IMG/VR virus record: IMGVR_UViG_3300030419_005456
Location: 32,001-96,000 of that record
DNA: 64,000 nt
Strand: one strand, 5' to 3'
Source: a virus
Below, in pieces: positions 9,430-19,072 of this stretch. Made by a program: the position numbers and the translations under genes. The notes beneath the pieces were generated by a model, which did no database searches, had not been told where the DNA came from, and worked only from the letters and a program-made list of their open reading frames with translations. Positions within the stretch are counted from its first letter, which is position 1, and each line of letters opens with the position of its first letter.

Positions 9430-10320
9430 TTACCTCCAGTCTGTTTTGTAGCCTTTTATATTTTCTGATATTTCAACATTGCCGTTCTGATAACTATTTA
9501 ACATTGTTATCATCTTTTTGGCACAATCTTTATCTATGTCATTAATGCTGCTATAAGTATGCTGACCCATATTTATAAACCCAACAACATCAATGTCTAA
9601 CTGATTACATTTGTTGTCAATAAACTGTACTTGTTGAGGGCTTATTCTTTGGTCGGCAGTACCAGCAGAAGCAGCAGAAACAGACTGTTGTACTATCTCT
9701 ACGATATTTTTCTTGGCCAGTTCTTCAGCAGCCAAAACCCGCAATTTCAGTGCTTTTCTTAACGCTCTACCTTCCGCTCTCGTGGACGCTGTGGCCACAG
9801 GATGGGCGCAGAATAAATCGTCTGTATTACCATGCCATACATCAGCCACTTCTGAGAAGGTTTTATATATTCCACTGTTAAACCAGTTAAATACAACCCT
9901 ATAAACAACTGTTGCACGACCCGGACCATCATTATCTGTAGCAGCAAAAACCTTAGATGGGCCTGTTTCTAAAATCTCTCCCAATAAAAGTTCTGCAACT
10001 CGTCTTAGGCCAGCACATATAGGATTACCATCTATTAACTCATTGTCATAAAAATGAGACATAGCATATTCATGCCATTCGGGAGAAGTAATAGATGGTG
10101 CATCAAGAACTTCTTCTGTTTGTATTTCAGAAGACTGTTGTACTTCATTCATATCAAAAAGTTCTTCATATTCAGCAGGCTTTTCCAATGTTTCTTCTGT
10201 CATCATAATATCTTCCGCTAAGGCTATCAAATCTTTTTTCTTTGCTCCGGTTGGAACTGCGCAATTATATTCTTTTAGTAGTTCCTTAATCTCTTTAACG
10301 CTAAGGTCTTTTACTATCAT
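9430..10320 (-). CDS. Putative Rad52/Sak-like single-strand annealing protein with an N-terminal HeH/SAP-like module
   Basis: ATASTRAEGRALRKALKL helix resembles Rad52-fold annealing proteins; N-terminal LSVKEIKELLKEYN...AKKKDLIALA resembles HeH/Rho-N. Confidence 0.45.
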   Translation of the reverse strand: MIVKDLSVKEIKELLKEYNCAVPTGAKKKDLIALAEDIMMTEETLEKPAEYEELFDMNEVQQSSEIQTEEVLDAPSITSPEWHEYAMSHFYDNELIDGNPICAGLRRVAELLLGEILETGPSKVFAATDNDGPGRATVVYRVVFNWFNSGIYKTFSEVADVWHGNTDDLFCAHPVATASTRAEGRALRKALKLRVLAAEELAKKNIVEIVQQSVSAASAGTADQRISPQQVQFIDNKCNQLDIDVVGFINMGQHTYSSINDIDKDCAKKMITMLNSYQNGNVEISENIKGYKTDWR

Positions 10321-11105
10321 GTTTCAATCTCGATTAGTCTTTTAGATTTTGGTGGAAACTTCTGTTCGATTTTATCAACGGTTTCCAAAACTTTTTCAAG
10401 GGTGTCTCGCATGTTTTTAGCGGAAACGTTCTTGATAAGATTCTTCACCCTTACTACAACATATCCAGCACTGATAAGCATACCGGCTTTCTGAGCGTCT
10501 GCTCGAATATGTTTCTGAAGGCTCTCTTCCCCCCAGATCGGCAAAAAGTGAGCCGGTCCATCAATCTCGATAGCCACTTTAAGGGCTGGGAGGAAAAGAT
10601 CAATTTCCATGTTTTGGTTGGAAATCAATCCCTTCTTATGAAAGATAGCTTCATATCCGGCTTCTGTCAAGCCTTTAAAGATAAATTTTTCGATTTTAGA
10701 GCCTTCTTTACTGGCTTTTCGGACGGCTTCTGCTGCCAATTTCCTCAAATTCGACTTGTCTTCTTCGGACATTTCTTCCCATTGTTTTTTAGAAAGCAAG
10801 GATCGTCTTTCCCTTTCTTCCTCTTCCATGTTGCCCCAGTAAGACGACATGCCATTGCTGATGGCGATTTTTTCAGAGTCTGTCCTCCTCTTGCCACGGG
10901 TTGGATGCTCATGTCGCCCTTGCTTAATCGCAACGGTTTGGGCGGAACTTCGATCACGCAAAGGCACGCCTAGCGTATTTAAAGTTCGTCTGATTTTGTT
11001 TGGGTATGTACCAATCTCCTGAGCTATTTCATACGTACTCTTTTCTTGATTAACATACCTGTCGATAATTGTCTCTTTGTATTTTTGAATAAATTGGCTA
11101 CTCAT
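10317..11105 (-). CDS. HTH + NUMOD3-like + Vsr/DUF559-type PD-(D/E)xK endonuclease (homing-endonuclease-like)
   Basis: STYEIAQEIGT HTH; GKRRTDSEKIAIS basic repeats; EIDLFLPALKVAIEIDGPAH nuclease motif. Confidence 0.7.
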   Translation of the reverse strand: MSSQFIQKYKETIIDRYVNQEKSTYEIAQEIGTYPNKIRRTLNTLGVPLRDRSSAQTVAIKQGRHEHPTRGKRRTDSEKIAISNGMSSYWGNMEEEERERRSLLSKKQWEEMSEEDKSNLRKLAAEAVRKASKEGSKIEKFIFKGLTEAGYEAIFHKKGLISNQNMEIDLFLPALKVAIEIDGPAHFLPIWGEESLQKHIRADAQKAGMLISAGYVVVRVKNLIKNVSAKNMRDTLEKVLETVDKIEQKFPPKSKRLIEIET

Positions 11106-11575
11106 TTGTTAATAACACCTATTAATTGATCTATATTAAAGTTTTCTACTACTCCACATACCTCTCTGTTGCAATAATTTTTAATGGCTTTGGCGTGGCT
11201 ATCGCTACGCGCTATCAATTTTATGCTTGGGTCTTTGTAAGCTTGTACAGTATATTCATATTCTATTCCTCCTTGTCTACTCCATTCTAAATCCCATACA
11301 TAAAAATACTTTTTGATGGGAAGGCATGTTTTTTGTAAGGATAAAGCCGTGGTTACAGAAGTGGCTATAGCAACACCGCCAAATCCCCAAATTTCGCTAA
11401 CACTCATTGTGGAAAATTTTGGTGGTATCATGCTTGGTGTAGAGTTTTCAAAAAAACCTACAAAGTCAAAATCTGAATTATCTAAGTGGTTGTTCATGTT
11501 TTTTATTGCGTAGAAGGTAAGCTGGCTAGCGCTAAAATCTTCTAGCAAAACACCAATTTGTTTATTTTTTTGCAT
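11102..11575 (-). CDS. Single-Rossmann glycosyltransferase-like protein
   Basis: IATS...YFYVWDLEW...IARS pattern resembles the N-terminal domain of a GT-B fold. Confidence 0.4.
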   Translation of the reverse strand: MQKNKQIGVLLEDFSASQLTFYAIKNMNNHLDNSDFDFVGFFENSTPSMIPPKFSTMSVSEIWGFGGVAIATSVTTALSLQKTCLPIKKYFYVWDLEWSRQGGIEYEYTVQAYKDPSIKLIARSDSHAKAIKNYCNREVCGVVENFNIDQLIGVINK

Positions 11576-12515
11576 TGGCCTCTTCTCTGTTATTTATGTA
11601 CCACTGAACAGTTTTTTCTATACCCTCTTTAACTGAAATCGGATCAATGGTAATATAATCTTTCATTCTTTTTGTATCTAACAACTTCTTTAGTTGTCCA
11701 TCGGGTTTATCCGTATTCCAGAGTACCCCGCCTGTATATTTTACAGAACCTACTATATATTCTACCAGTTCTTTAATGCTAATGTCACTACCGGTTCCTA
11801 TATTTAGTGGTGTAGTATTGTCCTCATATTTTTCTAAAGCCTGAACAATAGCTTCTGCTGCATCGTATACATACATAAACTCTCTTTTGGGACTTCCAGT
11901 TCCCCAGCATTCGACCTCGTCTTCTTCGTCGATTTTTGCCTCAACAAATTTTCTTATTAAAGCTCCTACGACTTTTGTTCTAACTAAATCGAATGTGTCA
12001 TTAGGCCCATAAAGATTTGTTACACAAACCGTACAGGCGTTCATGTCGTATTGATCATTGTAAGCCTCGGCTGCTGCTTGCAATATTCTTTTTGCAATCC
12101 CGTGACCTCTAATTGTTTTGTTTGGAAGACCATTCCAAAAAGTCTCTTCGCTGAGAACTTCCATTCCGGTATCAGGGTATGCACAAGATGTCATAATGGA
12201 AACAGTCTTTTTTACATTTGCATATTCGCACGCATGGTAAAGATTCAGCCCCATAACTGTATTGGCGTACAAAATATCAGCCGGATACATTCTGTTGAAT
12301 TCTATGCCACCATTGTATCCAGCACAGTGTATGCAGTAATCGGGTTTTTCAGTTTGCATCCAGCCAATAAGGTGGTAAAGATTCAAAAGATCCATTTCAG
12401 AATGTTTAAGAATCAAAGGTTCCGCACCTCTATCCTTTAGAACCTTACATACTGCGGTGCCAAGAAAACCTTCACCGCCAGTGACTAATACTTTAGAATT
12501 CTTTAATTTTATCAT
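11562..12515 (-). CDS. GDP-L-fucose synthase / GDP-sugar epimerase-reductase family SDR (divergent active site)
   Basis: TGGEGFLG, HCAGYNGGIEFNRMYPAD, SCAYP, NLYGPNDTF, WGTGSPKREF, KPDGQ. Confidence 0.85.
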   Translation of the reverse strand: MIKLKNSKVLVTGGEGFLGTAVCKVLKDRGAEPLILKHSEMDLLNLYHLIGWMQTEKPDYCIHCAGYNGGIEFNRMYPADILYANTVMGLNLYHACEYANVKKTVSIMTSCAYPDTGMEVLSEETFWNGLPNKTIRGHGIAKRILQAAAEAYNDQYDMNACTVCVTNLYGPNDTFDLVRTKVVGALIRKFVEAKIDEEDEVECWGTGSPKREFMYVYDAAEAIVQALEKYEDNTTPLNIGTGSDISIKELVEYIVGSVKYTGGVLWNTDKPDGQLKKLLDTKRMKDYITIDPISVKEGIEKTVQWYINNREEANAKK

Positions 12516-13447
12516 GCGTATTGGTGCCTTATTTGTAATATCGGTGCTACCTTAATTAGTTCTTGTATGCCGGTTTTCATATCTACATCGCATACAAACC
12601 CTTCGTTTTCTAGTTTATCATAACTAACTTCATAATCCCTTTGGTCTGCGTCCGAACCTATTTCCTCATAATGAACAAAACATCCTGTTTCTTTTTTAAC
12701 ATATTCTGCAAGTTCTCTTTTAGTCCAGTTAAGATGGTTGGCCCCACAGTTATAGACTTTGTGCTTCCAATATCCCATGTGTTCAAAACCGGCAGTAAAA
12801 GCTTTTGCCATGTCTCTAACATGTATAAAAGTGCGTCTAAAGTCAGCTTGGAAAATAGTAAGTATTCCATTTGTAATAGCTTGGTAAACAAAATCGTTTA
12901 CGAGCAAGTTCACCCGCATGCATGGGCTAACACCAAATCCTGTAGCAAACCTAAATGAGACCGTATTGTCTTGTGCGGCTACCATTTCCTCTGCAACACG
13001 CTTATTTACGCCGTAGAGCGACACAGCGTTTAGTGGAGACTCTTCCGTGCAAATACCCTCTACCTTGCCGTAGACGCTGCCCGTAGAGGCGTAAACGAAC
13101 GGCATTTTGGGATTGTAGGATTTGCGTGCTTCCAGCATGTTTTTTGTGCCGTCTATGTTTACCGCCGTGGCAAGAGAGGGTTGGGATTTGCAAGCCGGAA
13201 AGCCAACAATAGCAGCAAGGTGAATAACAGCGTCACACCCAAGGATAGCCTCCTTCATTTGTTCTAGTCTTGTAACATCTCCATACTCAAACTCAAAATT
13301 GGGGTTTGTAGCTAGGGGTATAATAGCATCGCATTGACCCTTATGAAAATTGTCAACGCATTTGACTCTGTAGCCTTGATCTAATAGGTGTCGGCATAAC
13401 ACGTTTCCTACGTATCCGCCACCTCCTGTAACTAATATTTTGGCCAT
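12512..13447 (-). CDS. NAD-dependent nucleotide-sugar epimerase/dehydratase
   Basis: TGGGGYVG, HLAAIVG, STGSVYG, YGVNK. Confidence 0.9.
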   Translation of the reverse strand: MAKILVTGGGGYVGNVLCRHLLDQGYRVKCVDNFHKGQCDAIIPLATNPNFEFEYGDVTRLEQMKEAILGCDAVIHLAAIVGFPACKSQPSLATAVNIDGTKNMLEARKSYNPKMPFVYASTGSVYGKVEGICTEESPLNAVSLYGVNKRVAEEMVAAQDNTVSFRFATGFGVSPCMRVNLLVNDFVYQAITNGILTIFQADFRRTFIHVRDMAKAFTAGFEHMGYWKHKVYNCGANHLNWTKRELAEYVKKETGCFVHYEEIGSDADQRDYEVSYDKLENEGFVCDVDMKTGIQELIKVAPILQIRHQYA

Positions 13448-13449
13448 TA

Positions 13450-14244
13450 TTATAGATGCTCCATAGATGTGATGCTGGGGGTTTGTGTTAAAACATAGTT
13501 GTAGCTAGCGTATGGGTTGCAACCAAGGTGGCATAAAAACTCACCCATATCTTTTAGCTCAACAAGCTGGCAATGTTTTCTCATTATCTCTTTTGATTTT
13601 TTACAGTCTATTTTTACTTTTTTGTGTTTTAGGAACGACAAGAATAGCAAAGTTTCTGGGGATATCCTATCGTTGTTTAGGTTTCCATTTTTGTAATCTT
13701 TTATCCCAAGCTCATGTCCCATTAGCGGGTCTTGTCTGCCCACATATTGCTTACAGATGCTTAAGGTTTCCTCAAACATTCCTTTTATGTTCTCTGTCAG
13801 CCCTCCCATTACATGGTCTGACGGATGAAGCTGTTGCCATTTGTCTGCAACAAACAGAAAATTACTGGTGGTGAGGCTATCTGGAGAGGATTTCATGACA
13901 TCAATAAATTTTGACATGTCTGTATAATACTCATCACACCTCACCTTGATTGTGTATTTGGTTTCTGATAAAGAAACGCCATTTAGAGAACTTACTGTTT
14001 GATATGCTATATGCGCGTCGTTATATAGATTTTCATATTTGGCAATGTCGTCTTCTGTGTATTTTACATTGAGGCGATTAAGCATTCTTTTTGATGGTTT
14101 AATTTCATGGTAATCCCAAGTTGATATAATTACCTGTGAAACAAACTTTTGATAGTCTTCTATATGCCTAAGACCTGCGGCCACTCTCTTTGCAATATTT
14201 TTGAGCGGCCCTTGCATCACTATAGTTACATCATCGTGTATCAT
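13450..14244 (-). CDS. WavE-like polysaccharide synthesis protein
   Basis: VTIVMQGP, IISTW, YQTVSSLNG, YTIKVRCD, HPSDHVMGG, PE motifs. Confidence 0.65.
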   Translation of the reverse strand: MIHDDVTIVMQGPLKNIAKRVAAGLRHIEDYQKFVSQVIISTWDYHEIKPSKRMLNRLNVKYTEDDIAKYENLYNDAHIAYQTVSSLNGVSLSETKYTIKVRCDEYYTDMSKFIDVMKSSPDSLTTSNFLFVADKWQQLHPSDHVMGGLTENIKGMFEETLSICKQYVGRQDPLMGHELGIKDYKNGNLNNDRISPETLLFLSFLKHKKVKIDCKKSKEIMRKHCQLVELKDMGEFLCHLGCNPYASYNYVLTQTPSITSMEHL

Positions 14245-14731
14245 TAAAGTCTTTTCCTCGACTGTTGTTCTCGCTACGCTTTCCTTGTTTTATATTGATT
14301 ACCTCTCGAAACAAACCAACATAATCAGAACAAATAGCATAAGATTCTGCAACCGTATCTATTGAAGATAATTCTGGTTTCATGCAAATCACATTACTAC
14401 CGGTTGCGTAGCCCGGATATCCAACTATCAAACCTCTGCTAGTCAAAGCATAATGGTCTTCTTGATGCCAAAAGCAATGCAGTTCTAAGTCTAGCATTGT
14501 TTTGAAAGCTTCTAGGTTTTTGGCGTGCAGGAGTAAACGAGGATGTTTGATAAAATTTTCACTTGTTTCGTTTTCGGGGGCGTCATGACCAAGCCACCAA
14601 CTGTCTTTTATTTTCCAAACGTCAATCTCAACAAAGTAATTTTCACTCAAGGCTTCTTCTATGAGTCTCTCGGTGTTTTCTAATTTGGGATTGGGTCCGT
14701 AAACATTCCCTCTGTGAGAGATAAATATCAT
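14231..14731 (-). CDS. Small GDPD/PI-PLC-like phosphodiesterase
   Basis: ISHRGN...EN...VEIDVW...LGHD...HAKN...FWHQED. Confidence 0.75.
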   Translation of the reverse strand: MIFISHRGNVYGPNPKLENTERLIEEALSENYFVEIDVWKIKDSWWLGHDAPENETSENFIKHPRLLLHAKNLEAFKTMLDLELHCFWHQEDHYALTSRGLIVGYPGYATGSNVICMKPELSSIDTVAESYAICSDYVGLFREVINIKQGKRSENNSRGKDFNDTR

Positions 14732-15564
14732 GGTACTTCTCCGTTAAAGTCCTCTAACATATAAAAAGTTATTCCATAGAAGTCCAACAACTGCCTTGTA
14801 TAACCCCAGCTACTATGGGTTCTGGTTATACCAAGCATGTGAATTTCTCTAACATTCTTTAGCCATAAAAAGTTAATAAGGAAGTGCAGACTGCTGCAAC
14901 AATTACGAAGTGTTCCGTCCTTTCTTAGGAAGTTGTCTACTGCTGAATAAACTAGGTCTACATCTTCTCTGTAGAATTTAACCACCCCTTCGTATTGAGA
15001 TAAGTCCATAACGTTGTCTACAGCATCATAGGAGATGGATGGGTGTAAAATACTTCTTCCTTCGTACTTCCCCGGAGCAAGTAGGTAGTCATTAAAATCA
15101 ACGGCATGAAAGAGCATCTTTGCATGTTTTGGGCTTCTGGGGTATCTATAAACAATGCTATCAAAATCTTTTACCGTTGTGGGTTCTTTTGCTCCGGTGT
15201 TGACGGTGTATCTTGGGGCTTTTCCAGAAAATGGGGACGTGTTAGATACTTCAAATATTCCAGAGTGCTTTCCGTCCCAATAGCGTTTTGTTAATTGGTG
15301 AGGAACTAAGAAATAATCCCACCTACCATTAAAGTTGGATAAGTTATGAACCAGTCTTATAAGGTCCAGACAGGTAACCACATCGACATGTTCTAAGGCA
15401 TAAAGAGCTTTGCCAGTACAAATCGTAAAGTATTTATCTAAATGCAAATACTCTAGTTTCTCTGGAGTTAGGTACTCATCAATATATGGCGCAGAACCGA
15501 TCAGTAAGACCGGCTTGTCGATTGACAGCTTGTTAAATTTTTTATTCTCGCTTAAGACCGCCAC
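14728..15564 (-). CDS. Putative Maf/sialyltransferase-like glycosyltransferase
   Basis: N-terminal VLLIGSAP and C-terminal SSLHFLINFL...VREIHMLGI motifs. Confidence 0.45.
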   Translation of the reverse strand: MAVLSENKKFNKLSIDKPVLLIGSAPYIDEYLTPEKLEYLHLDKYFTICTGKALYALEHVDVVTCLDLIRLVHNLSNFNGRWDYFLVPHQLTKRYWDGKHSGIFEVSNTSPFSGKAPRYTVNTGAKEPTTVKDFDSIVYRYPRSPKHAKMLFHAVDFNDYLLAPGKYEGRSILHPSISYDAVDNVMDLSQYEGVVKFYREDVDLVYSAVDNFLRKDGTLRNCCSSLHFLINFLWLKNVREIHMLGITRTHSSWGYTRQLLDFYGITFYMLEDFNGEVP

Positions 15565-15913
15565 TATCTTTTCTCACTATATCGGTCGGGTCTAAGCCGT
15601 CCGTCCAATAAATTTCCAAAGCCTTGGTGTCTTCCATGCACTCAAATCTATGGTCTATCATTGGCGGAACGTCGGAGAACATACCTGCTGTTAATATTGT
15701 CTCATCCTGACTATCCTGCTTATATATAATAACCTTTAGAGTGCCTTCTAGCACAATAAATCTATTCCACTTTTTTTCATGGTGGTGTCGGGAACAGTAA
15801 CCCCCTTTTACCGCCTCTATATAGTGAACCTCACTAGACTCATTCTCAAAAAAACAACGTGTTGTTCCCCAGAATTTACCTTGAGTCGCTCCAGTTAATG
15901 TTTTATGGCCCAT
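15542..15913 (-). CDS. Cupin-domain sugar isomerase/epimerase
   Basis: KFWG, CSRHHHEKKWNRFIVLEG, VPP..DHRF. Confidence 0.75.
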   Translation of the reverse strand: MGHKTLTGATQGKFWGTTRCFFENESSEVHYIEAVKGGYCSRHHHEKKWNRFIVLEGTLKVIIYKQDSQDETILTAGMFSDVPPMIDHRFECMEDTKALEIYWTDGLDPTDIVRKDSGGLKRE

Positions 15914-16901
15914 TTGCTAACTCCTCCTCGAATATATCTTTTAAGTGTGTCCACATATGCCCGTCCTTTATTTCTTCTATTTTCCACTGAAAATACGATA
16001 AAGACCTCCCAAGAGAGTGTTTTTCTTCAATAGTGGGTCTGTATAAGTTATTTATATCTTCAATCTTTGTGCTAGATATCGGTCTAGCTATTCCCTCTCC
16101 AAGAACTATCGTAGGTATCCCATAAAGATTTGCTTCTAAGGCTGCGTTGCTACTATGGGTTACTAAAGCGTAAACGTCCTTTTTTAGAAGGGTGTGAAAT
16201 TTAGTTTTTCTACCGCCCATGTATATTGTCTGCGGGATTGGTTTTCTGTCATCCCAGCTTGGTTTTGGCCTGTAAATTACTGGGCGGTCAGTATATTTTC
16301 TTAGCTCTTGAACTATATTCTCTGCGTAAGTGCTAGGCTCGTCTAAATCCATAAAGGTGTGATACTTATTGGAGCTACCAGCATATAGTATATAGCACCC
16401 TTCGTCCTCTCTTTTTGTTCGCTTGGGTTCTAAGGTTTCTCTGTGTTTTACTTTTCCGTTTTTATCCAATATCTTTCTTACGGGAATTTTCATAACCTTT
16501 TTCCATCGGTTATTTATATTGGCAAATTTATCCAAGTGCTTTAGAGGCTGCCAAGCGTTTGGGCTAATTCTAATGAAAGCATCTGGCTCTCGCAATCGTC
16601 TGTTCCTACAATATCCCTTATCCATGTATATATAACTTCCACCCGCCTCAATAACCATATCCCTTAACCAATGAGTAGTGATAGTAAATAAAAATGTAAA
16701 ATCATATTTACTAATCATCTCTTTATCAACGGTGTCTCTACCTACTATGTCTACGGTATGTCCGAACATTTCTAGTCCGGTTTTTATCGCGTCACATAGA
16801 TGCATTGAATATTCACGTTGTTTGGTTGGGAATAAAAATTTCATATGATTTTTTCGGTACGTTTTATATTCACTATTCGGGATAGGAAATAAAAATTTCA
16901 T
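15903..16901 (-). CDS. KpsS/KpsC (GT107)-like glycosyltransferase
   Basis: YRPKP, VTHSSNAALEANLYGIP, YFQW..EEI..G; TAATG coupling to the upstream gene. Confidence 0.6.
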   Translation of the reverse strand: MKFLFPIPNSEYKTYRKNHMKFLFPTKQREYSMHLCDAIKTGLEMFGHTVDIVGRDTVDKEMISKYDFTFLFTITTHWLRDMVIEAGGSYIYMDKGYCRNRRLREPDAFIRISPNAWQPLKHLDKFANINNRWKKVMKIPVRKILDKNGKVKHRETLEPKRTKREDEGCYILYAGSSNKYHTFMDLDEPSTYAENIVQELRKYTDRPVIYRPKPSWDDRKPIPQTIYMGGRKTKFHTLLKKDVYALVTHSSNAALEANLYGIPTIVLGEGIARPISSTKIEDINNLYRPTIEEKHSLGRSLSYFQWKIEEIKDGHMWTHLKDIFEEELANGP

Positions 16902-17890
16902 TAACTAGCCAGCCATTTGGGGTTGTCTATTGTCCACTGTACGGTTTTCTCAAGAGATTTTTCAAAGGGGACGGGATATTCGTATCCCATTTTACATAGC
17001 TTTGTATCTTTCAAAGCATACCTTAAGTCATGTCCCGGCCTTGAGGAGTGAAAGTCTACAAGCTCATAATCGAGTTCTTTTCCTAAAATATCAGCCACCA
17101 TTTGCGCAAGCTCTAGGTTTGATATTTCTTTCTGTCCCACAAGGTTGTACTTATCCCCATCTGTTGCTTCTTGGGTTAAGAATAAAGAAACGTCAGCAAC
17201 ATTCCTTGCGTGTACATAGAATCTGGTTCCCGGCTTTTTATTGGGATCTGAGTGGATGCTTATTTTCTCTCCGGCCAATATCTTCTTTATACATAAGGGT
17301 AGATATTTTTCGGGATGTTGCCTTTCTCCTATTACATTCATACAATTGGTAGTAATAATAGGAAGTCCGTAGGTGTTGTGAAAGGCTATTCCTAATTGCT
17401 CTGCTCCAGATTTAGTAGCAGAGTAAGGGTTCTTTGCCATATGACGATCCCACTCTTCGTAAGCGGTTCCAACGGGGGCATCACCAAAAACCTCGTCGGT
17501 ACTAAAGTTTTGTATATAATCTATAGTGTCACAGTGTCTAGCAAAGTTTAAAAGGTTGCAAGTGCCTACAACATTGTCATAAACAAAGCTAAGAGGATCT
17601 TCAATACTTCTATCAACATGAGAGGATGCAGCTAAATGATAAACCACACTCACATTGCCAATCTGCCTTGCCAACTGAGAGTTGATTTCAGCTTTCAGAT
17701 CGTGGTATAAAAACTTAAACCTCTTATTCCAGCTAGGATTTGCGTCCAAAAACTCGGATATCCTATTTAGATTTCCAGACGTATCTAACCTGTCTAAACA
17801 AACTATAAACCAATCAGTATTTTTTAGGAGGTGTTCTATTATGTGGTGGCCAATGAATCCCGCACCACCTGTAATTAAGACTTTTTGCAT
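16901..17890 (-). CDS. rmlB: dTDP-glucose 4,6-dehydratase
   Basis: TGGAGFIG, HLAASSHVDRSI, STDEVFG, PYSATK, RPGHDLRY. Confidence 0.9.
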   Translation of the reverse strand: MQKVLITGGAGFIGHHIIEHLLKNTDWFIVCLDRLDTSGNLNRISEFLDANPSWNKRFKFLYHDLKAEINSQLARQIGNVSVVYHLAASSHVDRSIEDPLSFVYDNVVGTCNLLNFARHCDTIDYIQNFSTDEVFGDAPVGTAYEEWDRHMAKNPYSATKSGAEQLGIAFHNTYGLPIITTNCMNVIGERQHPEKYLPLCIKKILAGEKISIHSDPNKKPGTRFYVHARNVADVSLFLTQEATDGDKYNLVGQKEISNLELAQMVADILGKELDYELVDFHSSRPGHDLRYALKDTKLCKMGYEYPVPFEKSLEKTVQWTIDNPKWLAS

Positions 17891-18465
17891 TTTATAAACT
17901 CCTTAAACTCGTCGTTAAGCTCAAAATCACCCCTGTTATACATTCTTGGTGGGTATTTATAGCAATGTTCAACTTGACTATCTTTTAAGTGTGACAGTAG
18001 CTTTAAACAGTTCTCCACGAAGAGTGGCGCTACTTTAAGCATTCGCTTATACAAATCAAAAGAGGTGTCAGTTTCAAAGACGGGGTAGGTAGTTTTAGAT
18101 ATGATGGGTCCATAATCTACCTCGTTTGTCATCTTGTGAAACGTAAGACCCTGCTCTGTGTCTCCATTTTTGACGGTATGATCTAGTATGTCTCTACCAC
18201 CGTATTCAGGCAAAAGACCCGTATGTACATTGTAAGCGTTACTTGTATCCTCTACATATTGATCGTACTGTAACGATAGTTTTATATCACACTCAGTATT
18301 TATATCAACTTCTGGCAATCGTATCTTACCAAAGACTGGAGTATTCTTACATGGAACATATCCAATTAAATTATAATTATGCGAAAGGTGATTTACGCAA
18401 AGCTCTGTCAAGTAAGAGGAGCCTAAAATAAGTATCCTAGTATAATATCCTCTATATTTCGTCAT
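17875..18465 (-). CDS. Sugar N-formyltransferase (FMT family)
   Basis: YNVHTGLLPEYGG, GLTFHKM..EVDYGPII. Confidence 0.85.
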   Translation of the reverse strand: MTKYRGYYTRILILGSSYLTELCVNHLSHNYNLIGYVPCKNTPVFGKIRLPEVDINTECDIKLSLQYDQYVEDTSNAYNVHTGLLPEYGGRDILDHTVKNGDTEQGLTFHKMTNEVDYGPIISKTTYPVFETDTSFDLYKRMLKVAPLFVENCLKLLSHLKDSQVEHCYKYPPRMYNRGDFELNDEFKEFIKCKKS

Positions 18466-19072
18466 AATATTTTCCTAACTCAAAAGGAACACCTTGTGTA
18501 ATGCTCTTTTTGCCAGACGCTTTATATTTTGATTTTGGAAGAACCCTAAAATCAAAACTGACCCTAGTTCTTCCAGTACTGTTTTTTTTATTGCCGTGCG
18601 TAAGATTGGCACCATTCCACATATAATATTCACCATAGGAAGCCTCCATCGGAGCAAAGTCTCCTTTATCTTCCTCGCTTTCAACCCAAACAGTGTTAGA
18701 TTCAAAAGCCTCGGTTAGGGGAACAAAAAAGTTTATTTCATGTTCAGAATGGTTGTAATCCCTATCTTTATGGTATCCACCGACCGCAAGATTCCCTTTC
18801 ATGTGAATCCTAAAGGTGGGCTTTTTTTGAAAAAGTATATCTTCATCGAAAAGCGGATAAACTTCATTTTCAACGAACCTTCTAAACATCACAAAAAAGC
18901 TGTGATCGTCTCGTAGTTTGTAAAAAACTCTATGATATTTAGAAGACTGGTCTGTATCCACATTAAAGGTTTTTAGGTTTTCGTGCAGGGTGGACAGATC
19001 TTTTGTGAGAAAGACCTTCTCCAAGGTCTCCGCAAACCTATAAGAGTTTGTATCATACGTTAACTTATTCAC
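18452..19072 (-). CDS. 2-oxoglutarate/Fe(II) dioxygenase (StrG/PhyH-like)
   Basis: PTFR, HKD (HxD), HGN, R.SFDFR. Confidence 0.75.
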   Translation of the reverse strand: MNKLTYDTNSYRFAETLEKVFLTKDLSTLHENLKTFNVDTDQSSKYHRVFYKLRDDHSFFVMFRRFVENEVYPLFDEDILFQKKPTFRIHMKGNLAVGGYHKDRDYNHSEHEINFFVPLTEAFESNTVWVESEEDKGDFAPMEASYGEYYMWNGANLTHGNKKNSTGRTRVSFDFRVLPKSKYKASGKKSITQGVPFELGKYYDEI

